From an uncultured Nitrososphaerota archaeon (GTDB lineage: Archaea > Thermoproteota > Nitrososphaeria > Nitrososphaerales > Gagatemarchaeaceae), in contig OY969807.1 of NCBI GenBank assembly GCA_963703285.1, forward strand, positions 1,152,001 to 1,216,000: 64,000 nt of DNA. Reading direction: 5' to 3'. Position 1 is the stretch's first letter. The number at the start of each line of letters is the position of its first letter. The position numbers and the translations under genes are program-made. Below are positions 1 to 9,477 of the stretch, one piece after another. Under the pieces are notes generated by a model. It was not told the DNA's origin and made no database searches. It saw only the letters and a list, made by a program, of their open reading frames with translations.

Positions 1-418
1 AAGCGACCATCGCACACTTGCAGAGCGGGAGCAACAGCTTCTCGAGGTGATATCTGCACTTACGAAATCGACGATCTCCGAATCGCCTGCGTAGCTGCAA
101 CAGCCCGAATTCAGTGAGAGGGCCCTGGACAGAACCTCATCCGCATCGGCGGCTTCGGGAGGGCTGGCCCGGGAAATAACTTCACAGAAATACGACAAGC
201 TGGGCGGCCCCATGAGAGCGAGGAATCGCCTGAACCAGGGGTAGCGCGGAGAGGCGACCACGTCGCGGGCTGTGGCTGCGCCCTCGGAGAGAACGGCGAG
301 GAGATCCACATCCAGCCAATCGCCGGTACCCAGTTGGTTACTAGTCCGCCCCCGAGCTTGGCAGAGCGTTTTTGGTTCGAGGGGAATCACTCGCCTGCGT
401 GAGGTCGGAGGAGCCCTT

Positions 419-1285
419 TCACGAGCTGAAGAGCAACGGAATAATCCTAAGGTCACCGCGGCGGAGGAAGATCCTATCCAGCTCCTGGTTCTCTTCGTCG
501 GTGAGCCTCCAGTCCGTCGAGCCGAGGTTCTCCTCAACGTGCGCCGCGTGGGATGCCCTCGGAATCGGGAAGACGTTCCCCTGCGAGAGCAGCCAGTTGA
601 GAGCCACTTGGGCGGCGGTCTTCCCGTGCCTCGCCCCGATCTCCCGGAGCTTCGGGTCAGAGACGAGCTTCCCATGGCCCATGGGGAAGTAAGCGAGGAG
701 TGCGACGTTCTCGTTGCTGCAGAACGGGAGTATCTCCCTCTCCATCCTCCTGTCCGCGAGGTTGTACGGCATCTGGATCGAGGCGATGCTGTGCTTCTTC
801 ATCGCGTCCTTCGCAGCGATGGTCTGCTTGAAGGAGAAGTTCGAGATCCCGATGGAGCGCGTGAGGCCCCTGTCGACCATCTCCTCCAGGGCCCCCATGG
901 TCTCCTTGATCGGCACGAACGGGCTGGGTTGGTGGACCTGGTAGAGGTCCACGTAGTCGAGCTCGAGCCTCTTCAGGCTCCTTTCGAGGGCCCTGACCAG
1001 CGCGTCGTGCCGCAGGTGGAGGAACATTACCTTCGTGGCGATGAAGAGGCCCTCCCTCTTTCGCCCGGATATGGCCTTCGCTACGAGCGGTTCGGAGTTG
1101 TAGACCTCGGCCGTGTCTATCAGCGTGATGCCTCCATCGAGACCCGCCTTGAGCGCCTCCACCTTTGATGACGCGCCTCCCCTGCTCCCGAGTCTGGCCT
1201 TGATGATCCAGGGGAAGTCGTAGTAGGTGCCCATCCCTATGGCGCTCACCTGCCTGCCTGTCGGGCCGAAGGGCTTGAGTTCCAT
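419..1285 (-). CDS. Aldo/keto reductase
   Basis: MELKPFG..IGMGT, IDTAEVY, IATKV, DYVDLYQVH, SIGISNF and IPRAS motifs. Start moved to ATG 1285, with a TTTAAG box about 25 nt upstream. Confidence 0.92.
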   Translation of the reverse strand: MELKPFGPTGRQVSAIGMGTYYDFPWIIKARLGSRGGASSKVEALKAGLDGGITLIDTAEVYNSEPLVAKAISGRKREGLFIATKVMFLHLRHDALVRALERSLKRLELDYVDLYQVHQPSPFVPIKETMGALEEMVDRGLTRSIGISNFSFKQTIAAKDAMKKHSIASIQMPYNLADRRMEREILPFCSNENVALLAYFPMGHGKLVSDPKLREIGARHGKTAAQVALNWLLSQGNVFPIPRASHAAHVEENLGSTDWRLTDEENQELDRIFLRRGDLRIIPLLFSS

Positions 1286-1549
1286 CTTGATGGATGCGGT
1301 TTTCCCGGTCCTTAAATCGGCTCTGGTTGCTCGACTTCGGAGACCTGGTAAGAGTTCCAGCCATTCATCCTCCACTTCGTCGGCCGCTCTTCGAGCCGTC
1401 GTAGCGCCTCGGGATTTCAGCCCGAGGTTCGTCGCAGCCTACGGGCTACCAGCGGCCGTGATCCAGTAGTGCGGCGAAGAGATCTTGCTTAGTTGACGCC
1501 GTACTCGCCTGTTTTGCAAGTCTTATAAGTAAGTGGGAATCGTTGTGGG

Positions 1550-1801
1550 ATGGGAACGGTTATGGGAGAGGCAGTGATCGACGGGAGAGGCAGAATAGTC
1601 ATACCTAATGAGATAAGGGAAGAACTCAAGTTGAGACCCGAGCAAAAGCTGAGAATATCGACGAAGGGGAAGGAGCTCGTGCTCTCGCCAGAGATTGAAG
1701 CGGACGAATTCATCTCCCAACTGAAGGGGTGCGTCCATGGTTCGGGAATCAAGCCAGAGGATCTAAAGACCATCTGGGGTGTCGACCATGCTCATCATTG
1801 A
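1550..1801 (+). CDS. AbrB/MazE-family antitoxin
   Basis: IDGRGRIVIPNEIREELKL AbrB motif; overlaps the downstream PIN gene. Confidence 0.88.
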   Translation: MGTVMGEAVIDGRGRIVIPNEIREELKLRPEQKLRISTKGKELVLSPEIEADEFISQLKGCVHGSGIKPEDLKTIWGVDHAHH

Positions 1802-2213
1802 CACGAACATCTGGGCCTACTATTTCGACAGGGACTCACCGGAGCACGGATCCGTCGTCGCACCCGTTGAGGAGGCCCTCAGGTCAGAGCAGATAGCCAT
1901 CAACACGATAGTAATCATGGAGTTGGCGCATTTTCTCGTCAAGAACCTCGGCCCTGTTGATGGCGGCGAAAAGCTCGGGGTGTTCCTTCGTTTTCCCTTG
2001 GCCATATCCGAATTCGACTACAGGACCGCTCTCGATTCTGTGGAGATGCTCAAGAGATATTCCCACCTGGGCGTGGGCGGCAGGGATGCGACAATACTCG
2101 CCCTGATGGACAGGGCCAAGGTGAAGAAGATCATGACTCATGACGCAGCTCTGAAAAGAGTTGACTGGTTGGAAGCCACGGACCCGGTCATAAAGCCGAG
2201 AGAAAGTGAATAG
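1788..2213 (+). CDS. vapC: VapC-type PIN-domain toxin
   Basis: LIIDTN, E(LAH), RDATILA and THD acidic PIN residues. Confidence 0.88.
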   Translation: MLIIDTNIWAYYFDRDSPEHGSVVAPVEEALRSEQIAINTIVIMELAHFLVKNLGPVDGGEKLGVFLRFPLAISEFDYRTALDSVEMLKRYSHLGVGGRDATILALMDRAKVKKIMTHDAALKRVDWLEATDPVIKPRESE

Positions 2214-2344
2214 AGAGGCCACCGAGGCCCGGTCCGTGCGCAGGTCGCACGGGGCAGAGCGGCCGGTAGGGCTGGGTCGTCACGTTCTACGGATAGCCGT
2301 GGGCCCTTGTCCCTTGCACCTGCCATAGGGCCGGGCTGACGCAA

Positions 2345-2599
2345 CTAGGTCATCTTCTTCGTCTCGTACATCTCGGCGTTGGGAAAGGACAGCTCAACCT
2401 TCGAGGTCGTATGAAAGAGGAAGCCCTTGTAGCTCGTGAGGTACTGCCAGGTGGGGCTGAAGCCGAGCTGTCCGGGTCTGCTGAAGACCACGACGGGATC
2501 CTGCATGCTACGAACGATACGATTGAATACGACAGAATCGACCGTGACCTTGTGCCCGAGGACGGCTTTCGCCCTCGCCGCATCTCCTCCGCTTTCCAA
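2345..2599 (-). CDS. Small hypothetical protein
   Basis: 84-aa ORF with protein-like composition (WQYLTSYKGFLF); TTG start. Confidence 0.6.
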   Translation of the reverse strand: MESGGDAARAKAVLGHKVTVDSVVFNRIVRSMQDPVVVFSRPGQLGFSPTWQYLTSYKGFLFHTTSKVELSFPNAEMYETKKMT

Positions 2600-2813
2600 G
2601 CCGCCCCTTGAGGAGGCGCTGCCCCATTAATATCTTTGGAAGAGTGGCGACCTCGTCCCCGAATCCCGGAGGTCAGGAGAGCACGACAGCCAAAGTCCGC
2701 CGCAAGCGGATCGCAGGCACCTAGAACCTGAAGGTGGGAGAGTTCACACTGTCTCCCTGACCTGAATCACCTCAACCGCCTTCCCTCCGCCACCTTTACA
2801 AAGCCGCGGACCA

Positions 2814-3140
2814 GTGTCAGGAAGGCGTCCCTTGTCTGAAATCGAGACCTTCTTTCGGCACTGCCCCGCCTGCGGAAGGCGGTTTGAAGTAAGACTGGTG
2901 GGCAAGAAGGTGGTCAGCGACGAGGAACACGAGTCCGAAGCGCCAGTGGAGGTTCCTACCGCCTTGCGCTCGACGCCCGCACTCTTTCTCCCCGTCACGC
3001 TGGATGAGGAAGTGCCGACCCTCGTCAACAGGGACGAGTTCCAGTACTCATACGTCTGCAAGCACTGCGGTCACCGCTGGTTGGAACTCCGCACCAAGAC
3101 GAACGAGATGAATAGACCCAAGGGCTACGAGGGTGACTAA
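2814..3140 (+). CDS. Zn-ribbon protein
   Basis: CPACG...CKHCGH pair of Cys knuckles. Confidence 0.75.
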   Translation: MSGRRPLSEIETFFRHCPACGRRFEVRLVGKKVVSDEEHESEAPVEVPTALRSTPALFLPVTLDEEVPTLVNRDEFQYSYVCKHCGHRWLELRTKTNEMNRPKGYEGD

Positions 3141-3341
3141 CTCGGCGGTCCTTAAGGCCGTGAGTGCGCCCTCGGCGAGAACGGCGAAGAGCTCCACAGT
3201 TGACTGATTGCATGGAGGCTCTGGTGACGCAGGAACTGGAGATGGCCTGACCCGATAGTCAGCACCCGTCTCGGTGACCCTGCGGGCTACCAAAACCAAC
3301 GACTCGAAACGCGTATTAGCAAGAGAGAGTACATTCGGGAC

Positions 3342-3476
3342 ATGCCAATCTGTCCCAAGTGCCACAAGCTGATCAGCTCGAACAACTATGCCAGGCACAT
3401 CAGGCGGTGTGGTACGACGCACAAGCGAAGCCCACAGGCACTCACCAGCGGGGACAACTTCTTCATGCGAGTCTGA
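3342..3476 (+). CDS. 44-aa C2HC Zn-finger microprotein (not in ORF track)
   Basis: Manual translation MPICPKCHKLISSNNYARHIRRCGTTHKRSPQALTSGDNFFMRV; AT-rich box about 25 nt upstream. Confidence 0.7.
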   Translation: MPICPKCHKLISSNNYARHIRRCGTTHKRSPQALTSGDNFFMRV

Positions 3477-3618
3477 AAGAAGCGTCCGCGGTGTAACTTT
3501 CCCGGCAATCGAGACTCAGCGGGAGCCTTGGAGGTTTGAGGGCGAGCACCGACCCTTCCTTCCTCGCGCGGTGACTACCGGCCGGATTTGGCAGGGATCG
3601 CCGAAGGCGGTCGGCTGG

Positions 3619-3834
3619 CTAGAATGTTGCTTGGATGGTCGTCAGCTCATCCTGAGGGGGAGTGTACACGATCAGGGGCGCGGCCTGATTCGCCTTCCCC
3701 AGGATCCTGAAGAGCTTGGTCCCGCAGCTCGGACAAGTCCCCTGAAGCGCCCTTCTGCCGTTCCTCATCTGTACCTCGGACACTCCGTTCATCTCGCGCT
3801 TCGCCTTCTCCTTCATGCAGAATGCTTCGGTCAT
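3619..3834 (-). CDS. DUF5679-like small Zn-binding protein
   Basis: MTEAFCMKEKAKREM...NGRRALQGTCPSCGTKLFRI pattern. Confidence 0.75.
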   Translation of the reverse strand: MTEAFCMKEKAKREMNGVSEVQMRNGRRALQGTCPSCGTKLFRILGKANQAAPLIVYTPPQDELTTIQATF

Positions 3835-4071
3835 GAGTCTCCTGTCGTCCCTTGGCGATAAAGGGAAAGGAGCCAAATCGATTTCACCCCGCCATCAAGA
3901 AGATTGTCTGCCCGGGATGCCGCGTAGAGGTGCACGAGGTATCAGATGATTTCAAATGAGACGATAGCCCGTGAGATGCGGAGAGAGATGATCGGGGTCG
4001 ACAGGCCTTCCGGGAACTGGTTCGCGCCGGTCCGGAAATCCGTCCCCGCGTCTGGAGGAGACGGACACCGG

Positions 4072-4773
4072 ATGCCGCGCAAGTACTGGCACTATCTCTT
4101 CGTGGTTTCAATATTCACAATATCCCTAAGCGTTCTAGCCCTGCTTAACTCGTACTTCAGTTTCTTCAATCTATCGTCTTACAAAATCAGTCTATCGTCG
4201 CCGTTCCTGTTGGCGAGTTACCTCGGCATGTTCATCAGCCTCGCCTTCCTACCAATTCCCGATTACATTCTCGTTCCGGCGTACGGCTATCTATCGTCGA
4301 TAGGTGTGTTCGACCCGTATACGACGTTCCTAGTATGCCTTGCGGCCGCTGTATTTCCCATAGAGTACGTACCCGGCAGGCTTGCAGGCAGACCACTGCT
4401 CTTGAAAGGCCTGTCCTACTTTCGCATAACAGAGAAGGACATCGAAGTCGCCGATAAATGGTTGGAGGAACACGGAAGGTTCTCGGTCTTGATATCAACC
4501 TTCATACCGTACTTCTACAGCGTCACTTCTCTGGCAGCCGGGACGCTGAAGATGAATGTGGTCGCGTTCCTTCTGGCCAGCGCCACAGGATTCGGGTTGA
4601 GGTACGTACTCCTTGAATACGTTGGCTACCACAGCGTCTACATCTTCACCGCTTCATTCGACTATTCTCAAAGAACTCTCTTCTCTCTGCTCCTGATTTT
4701 CTCATTTGTTTACGCGGCTCTCTATCTCATTGGAACTCTCCGATCCACTCGCCGAATGGCTTCAGCCCCATGA
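4072..4773 (+). CDS. DedA/VTT-domain membrane protein
   Basis: LPIPD, ADKWLEEHG..SVLISTFIP and SLAAGTLKM motifs; multiple TM segments. Confidence 0.82.
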   Translation: MPRKYWHYLFVVSIFTISLSVLALLNSYFSFFNLSSYKISLSSPFLLASYLGMFISLAFLPIPDYILVPAYGYLSSIGVFDPYTTFLVCLAAAVFPIEYVPGRLAGRPLLLKGLSYFRITEKDIEVADKWLEEHGRFSVLISTFIPYFYSVTSLAAGTLKMNVVAFLLASATGFGLRYVLLEYVGYHSVYIFTASFDYSQRTLFSLLLIFSFVYAALYLIGTLRSTRRMASAP

Positions 4774-4847
4774 CCGCCCTCCGACGAGAGGTGGCAGAAC
4801 AGTAATGCACAAGCGTTAAGTATTACCGATGTCGTATGTATTACGAA

Positions 4848-5102
4848 ATGTCCGAGGCGATTGTGTCAGTCACAAAGAAGGGACAGGCGACGATTCCAAG
4901 CAAGCTGAGGAAGAAACATGGGATAGGGAGGAAGGTGCTTGTCGTCGACACCGATGCTGGCGTGCTGCTGAAGCCCGTCCCCGACCCTCTTCTCGAGAAG
5001 GGGTCTTTGAGCAGGGTGTTTGAGGGGCAGGGTTCGCGCGACCTCATCGACGAGGCGAGGGCAGCCGAACGTTCCAGGGAACTCGCCGCCACGCGACGAT
5101 AG
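4848..5102 (+). CDS. AbrB/MazE-family antitoxin
   Basis: VTKKGQATIPSKLRKKHGI motif. Confidence 0.88.
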   Translation: MSEAIVSVTKKGQATIPSKLRKKHGIGRKVLVVDTDAGVLLKPVPDPLLEKGSLSRVFEGQGSRDLIDEARAAERSRELAATRR

Positions 5103-5107
5103 ACGCC

Positions 5108-5509
5108 ATGCAGACCGTAGTCTTCGATAGCCAGTCGCTCCTCAAGCTCTACCTCGGCGAGCCGGGTGCGGATGGCGTGGTGCGCCTGCTGAGGGAGGTC
5201 CAAGAAGGAAGACTCGAAGGACGGATGAGCATCGTTAATCTGGCTGAGGTCTACTACATACTCTGTAGAAGAAACAAGGAGATTGCCGAAGAGAAGGAGA
5301 AGAGGCTCAGAGAGTACGGCGTGGCCTTGGTTCCCGTGGACCCGGAATCGTCTCTATGGAAGAGAGCGGCCACGCTCAAGGCTGCGCACGGTATGTCATT
5401 GGCTGATGCCTTTGCTGCGGCGACGGCGATGGAGCTTCATGCAAGACTCGTGACTGGAGGGGATGCGGAGTTCGAGGACATTCCGGCGCTTAGAGTGGAG
5501 AGGGTCTGA
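5108..5509 (+). CDS. vapC: VapC-type PIN-domain toxin
   Basis: VVFDS, NLAEV, SLADAFAAATA and LVTGD-like motifs. Confidence 0.88.
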   Translation: MQTVVFDSQSLLKLYLGEPGADGVVRLLREVQEGRLEGRMSIVNLAEVYYILCRRNKEIAEEKEKRLREYGVALVPVDPESSLWKRAATLKAAHGMSLADAFAAATAMELHARLVTGGDAEFEDIPALRVERV

Positions 5510-5526
5510 GCGGCTTCCACCGGCTC

Positions 5527-5862
5527 TTGGTGGGCTCCTCAAGCGACCCTGGCGTTTTTTCACGCACAGGCAACAACAGTAACAGTTCGACCTTCGCTGT
5601 GGGGATGAGCATGTTCGCGATAGCGTACTTCCGCCGCCACTTCGATCATCCAGGGAGGCTCTGGAGCTTCGCATCGAAGAACTTCTATGGGGCGTTCATC
5701 CTCCAGGCCCCCGTCATCGTCACGGTCGCGGCCGTCCTCCTCTCTTCGGTCAACATTGAGTCGCTGCTCAAGTTTGGCTTGGCAGCTGTGATCATAGTGC
5801 CCCTGACCTGGTCGCTGGCATATCTTGTCAGGAAGATACCGTATGTCGACCGCGTCCTCTAG
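5527..5862 (+). pseudogene. C-terminal fragment of an acyltransferase-3-like membrane protein
   Basis: SKNFYGAFILQAPVI...KF...SLAYLVRKIP resembles the C-terminal TM helices of AT3 proteins; no N-terminal part present. Confidence 0.5.
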
Positions 5863-5864
5863 AA

Positions 5865-7010
5865 CTAGAGAGCTAACCTGTTTTCCTTCCGCACGGTTTC
5901 GAGTTCCTTCCTCAGCCGGGCCATCTGGTCGTCTATGTCGAAGAACCACCGCCCGTTCGAGTCGTCGTAGAGCCTCTGGATGGTGAACCTCGTGGCGCAC
6001 GTCATGTCCACGAGATGGAAGTGCGACCTCTCTCTGGTCGGCTCCATCGCCTCGCGCAGATAGGCCATTGTCTCGATCGTCTGCTCGAGGGGAGGGATGA
6101 GAAACGCGGAATAGTCCGAGTCACCACCCATCTCCATAGCCAGGAAGGGCAGCGCGTTCATCCTGCGCCTGAGCTCGGTCTGCTCATCGTCGCTTATCCC
6201 CGTAAATGAAGCGATCATGGGAGCATACCTGTGCATGGGACGCCGAGGTTGGTTCGTATCCTGGTTCATCTGGTTCTTCGCCCAGAGGACCCTGTAACCC
6301 CCAATCAGCTTCCTATCGCGGACGTGAGCGAGGTGGCTGTACGCCGTCTTTACGCTCATCGAGCTCCGTTTGGCGAACCCGCTGATGGGCGAAGTCGCGT
6401 TGAGCTCCTTCCAGATGATCATCGAGACGTCGACGGAGTCCAGCTCCTGCCTCGGCGTGTGCGATGGGGACGGTGGCTCCACAGAGGGGAGGTTCGACCA
6501 GTCCAGATTCCAGGTGGTCCTCTTGAAGTCGAAGAGCTCCGCGCGCATCGGCGTGACTATCCGCCATCTCGGATGGTAGGTTTCGTGGACCGTCTCGAGG
6601 AATCCCATCCCTTCCATCTCGGCAAGGATTCGGGGGAACTCGCCGTAGTGCTCCTCGGGCAGGAGGAACGCGATGTTGAACTTCCCATCAGGGAAGAGCC
6701 TGTCGAACTCGAGGAAGAACCAGCGGTTGTCCATCGCATAGAATATGTCCGAGGCGTACTTCGCGTAGGTCTTCGAAATGTCCGCGACCACCCTGACAGG
6801 CCGCAGGCCGAGCGCTCCCCAGTCCGAGCGTGCGATCAGGTGGAAGCCGTTCTTCAGCACCCTGGACCTGTAGCATCGACGGACCCTCTCCTCTGGGAGT
6901 TTCAGCCGCCTTGCGACCTCCGCCACGTTCGGTCCAACGGTTTCCACCTCCCGGACGATGTCCCCGATGAGCCTTTCTCCCCTCTTGGATGGAGGACGGG
7001 GTTCGGTCAT
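5865..7010 (-). CDS. Large Lrp/AsnC-like regulator with two HTH modules
   Basis: HTH1 NVAEVARRLKLPEERVRR; HTH2 LDSVD...SPISGFAKRSSMSVKTAYSHL. Confidence 0.6.
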   Translation of the reverse strand: MTEPRPPSKRGERLIGDIVREVETVGPNVAEVARRLKLPEERVRRCYRSRVLKNGFHLIARSDWGALGLRPVRVVADISKTYAKYASDIFYAMDNRWFFLEFDRLFPDGKFNIAFLLPEEHYGEFPRILAEMEGMGFLETVHETYHPRWRIVTPMRAELFDFKRTTWNLDWSNLPSVEPPSPSHTPRQELDSVDVSMIIWKELNATSPISGFAKRSSMSVKTAYSHLAHVRDRKLIGGYRVLWAKNQMNQDTNQPRRPMHRYAPMIASFTGISDDEQTELRRRMNALPFLAMEMGGDSDYSAFLIPPLEQTIETMAYLREAMEPTRERSHFHLVDMTCATRFTIQRLYDDSNGRWFFDIDDQMARLRKELETVRKENRLAL

Positions 7011-7097
7011 CCCGGTCTAGACGGTCCCGTGCGAGCCAAAAAATGTTCCTGTGTTCCTGTCTTCGACATACACTAATCTACCCGCCCTAGGACTTCG

Positions 7098-7508
7098 ATG
7101 GAGATGCCGCCAGAAGACCAAGCTCAGATAGATGCCAAATTGAGGGAAATCGACGCGACAATCGCAGACCTGCAGAGGCAGAGGCGGGAGTTGCTCGGGG
7201 CAAGGTCGGAACTGAGGAAGTCAGCCGCGCCCGAATCACCCGCAGAGCCGCAGCGGCAGCCGGAGCCGAGCGAGAAGGCCATCGAGAGGGCGATGAACAT
7301 GCTCGAGTGGAAGGGATTCAAGAAGAAAGATGGCGAGTGGGCCTTCCTGAGGACCAGGGACGGCGACCTCGTCGAAGACCTCAAACCCATCGCGGGCTTC
7401 ATCGACCAGCTCCGGAAGGGCAGACGATTGGCGCTCGGCGAGTATGAGTACGTCGCCTCGGAGGACAGGTTTCTGAACAGATATCCCCGAGCGCCAAGCC
7501 AAAGCTGA
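7098..7508 (+). CDS. Hypothetical protein with N-terminal coiled coil
   Basis: Heptad-like N-terminus, Pro/Glu linker, globular C-terminus. Confidence 0.7.
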   Translation: MEMPPEDQAQIDAKLREIDATIADLQRQRRELLGARSELRKSAAPESPAEPQRQPEPSEKAIERAMNMLEWKGFKKKDGEWAFLRTRDGDLVEDLKPIAGFIDQLRKGRRLALGEYEYVASEDRFLNRYPRAPSQS

Positions 7509-7584
7509 AGGAATCACCTCATCGCCCACAACTCAAGGGCTAGCCTGGCTCGAACCGCTCCAGAACAATCAGGCGGGCGCTAGC

Positions 7585-7992
7585 CTAGGGGACTTCTTCG
7601 ATTGTCTGGCAGTAGTCTGTGATTATCCAGCCCTGCTGTCCGTCGTAGGTGCCGAACACGCCTCCGAATCCGTCCAACATGGGACCCGGAATCGAGCTCT
7701 GTGCGCCCGGGAAGAAGTAGGACGTCATGTTGCCGAAGGAGTCGAACAGGGTGCCGCCGCCCTCGAATCCGCTGGGCGCGACCCATGTGTTCCCGTACGA
7801 GTCCGTGAAGGTCGCACCCGTCGGCATGAGTGTTCCGCCGCCATTGAACGCGCAAGTAGTCCTGGTGGGCGGCGGTATCGCGTGTGATGCCGGAAGGAGC
7901 GTAAGGACCATTAGAAGAGAGAGGAGGACCATAGAGACGAGCGTCCTCGGTCCGGTGAAGCTCGACAGGGTGATTGAGTTGCTTGCACGCAT
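7585..7992 (-). CDS. Putative secreted hypothetical protein
   Basis: Hydrophobic signal ending ASHA; Gly-rich mature part with a Cys pair; TTTAATAA box about 25 nt upstream of ATG 7992. Confidence 0.65.
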   Translation of the reverse strand: MRASNSITLSSFTGPRTLVSMVLLSLLMVLTLLPASHAIPPPTRTTCAFNGGGTLMPTGATFTDSYGNTWVAPSGFEGGGTLFDSFGNMTSYFFPGAQSSIPGPMLDGFGGVFGTYDGQQGWIITDYCQTIEEVP

Positions 7993-8371
7993 CAGGCGAA
8001 GATTAGCTCTTTGGGTTATTAAAACATGCGTCGAGGGCCCTAAGCTCTCGGTCTTCATTTTCCTTTGTTTCAGCGCGAGCCGTGCATCCATAAGATTGTA
8101 ATCCCGCCCCTTGACTAGCCGAGATTCGCGGCCGTGATGAGTGCGCGTTAAGCTCCTGGGAAGAATGGAGAGATAGCGCTGAAGACTGAGCCGCGGGCTT
8201 CCTGCAGCTAACACAGGATTTCCGATTGAGCAGAACCAGGGGCTTCGTGGCCCGCCGGGCGCCTAGTCGCTGCTCGGTTGGCGGCATTCCCCGGGGGCGC
8301 CGGATTAATCGAATCGTGAAGGCTCCTTCACCCTCGCCGGTATAACCTTCTCAGGCCATCGAGGAGCTCGT

Positions 8372-9016
8372 ATGTCGGATTTCGCGGCAAATTGGGACCA
8401 GGAGAAGAAGGGACCCGGGATAGGCCTGAGGCTGCGTGGCAGCGTGAACCAGGGGGCGCCGCTCAAGCCCCGTCTAGACGAGGCGAACCGCGAGATTCAG
8501 GCGGTAATTGCGAGACTCGACGGGACGATGGCGAAGCTGCGCGACAAGGACGCGAGCCTCTTCAACAAGATAGTGGTAGCGACGCAGAAGCGCGATTCCG
8601 CGCGCGCGTCGGTGTACGCAAACGAGCTGGGAGAGCTAAGGAAGATGAACAGGATGGTGACCCAGTCTAGGCTGGCCCTCGAGCAGATAAACCTCAGACT
8701 CAACACGATAACCGATCTGGGCGACATAGTGTCGACCCTCGCGCCGGCTACGTCAATCGTCAGCGGCCTCAGGCAGAGCCTCTCGGGACTTGTGCCGGAG
8801 GCAGAGAGCGGGATGAGCGAGATATCGAGCCTGCTCGGCGGTATCCTAGTCGACGCCGGGTCGGTGAACGGCTCCTCGATCGACTTCGGCATCGCCAACG
8901 CTGAGGCCGAGAGTGTCCTGTCCGAGGCTGCGGCCGTCGCGGAATCTAGGATGGAGAGCACGCTCCCCGAGATTCCGGCCACAGCTAGAATGTCAAGCGA
9001 GATGGAAGAGGCGTAG
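8372..9016 (+). CDS. cdvB: ESCRT-III (Snf7-fold) CdvB paralogue
   Basis: YANELGELRKM, LALEQINLRLNTITDLGD, EAAAVAE and C-terminal LPEIP (MIM2-like); colinear with 58416..59063. Confidence 0.88.
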   Translation: MSDFAANWDQEKKGPGIGLRLRGSVNQGAPLKPRLDEANREIQAVIARLDGTMAKLRDKDASLFNKIVVATQKRDSARASVYANELGELRKMNRMVTQSRLALEQINLRLNTITDLGDIVSTLAPATSIVSGLRQSLSGLVPEAESGMSEISSLLGGILVDAGSVNGSSIDFGIANAEAESVLSEAAAVAESRMESTLPEIPATARMSSEMEEA

Positions 9017-9135
9017 CCGGACCAAGGCTGCCCGGGGGTCGCATGCCTCGGCGGTTCCCGATTCGTCCAGCTCGCGACTTCATAGATCAAGTTCTTTCTT
9101 TCAGGCCGTCCCATCAGGGACGCAATTGAAATCTC

Positions 9136-9477
9136 TCAAAGCAGCGGCTGAAGTTCTTCAAGAAGCACGCGCGTCTCGTTGAGCAGCGACTTTGCGCTCC
9201 ACGGCTGCCTTCTCTGCATAACATAGGAGGCGCCCAGCATGGCGACGCCGGGGACGTCGACTATGGGCCCAAGAGGGTCTGGAGAGAGAACCAGCACAAT
9301 GCCCGCCTTCCTCAGGTTCGACGAGATCGAGTTCGGCCTCACGACCTGGTTGAGCCTCCTCCTCGTCTCGGTTTGGGCCAGGCTATTGGCTATCTGTGCC
9401 CTGTCCTGGGCTGTTCTTTCGAGAGCGTCTGCCCCTGCCCTCAACAGCCTCGCCTGGCTCTTCAACGGCTGTTGCAC
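9136..9477 (-). CDS. Hypothetical protein with a hydrophobic hairpin
   Basis: KAGIVLVLSPDPLGPIVDVPGVAMLGAS segment. Confidence 0.6.
   Translation of the reverse strand: MQQPLKSQARLLRAGADALERTAQDRAQIANSLAQTETRRRLNQVVRPNSISSNLRKAGIVLVLSPDPLGPIVDVPGVAMLGASYVMQRRQPWSAKSLLNETRVLLEELQPLL

Noticed and set aside
272-1168. Long antisense or alternate-frame ORFs (also 12877..13731, 31583..32557, 41855..42844, 43405..44289 and others)
   Set aside because: Shadows of well-supported genes in GC-rich DNA; Arg/Pro/Gly-rich with no motifs.
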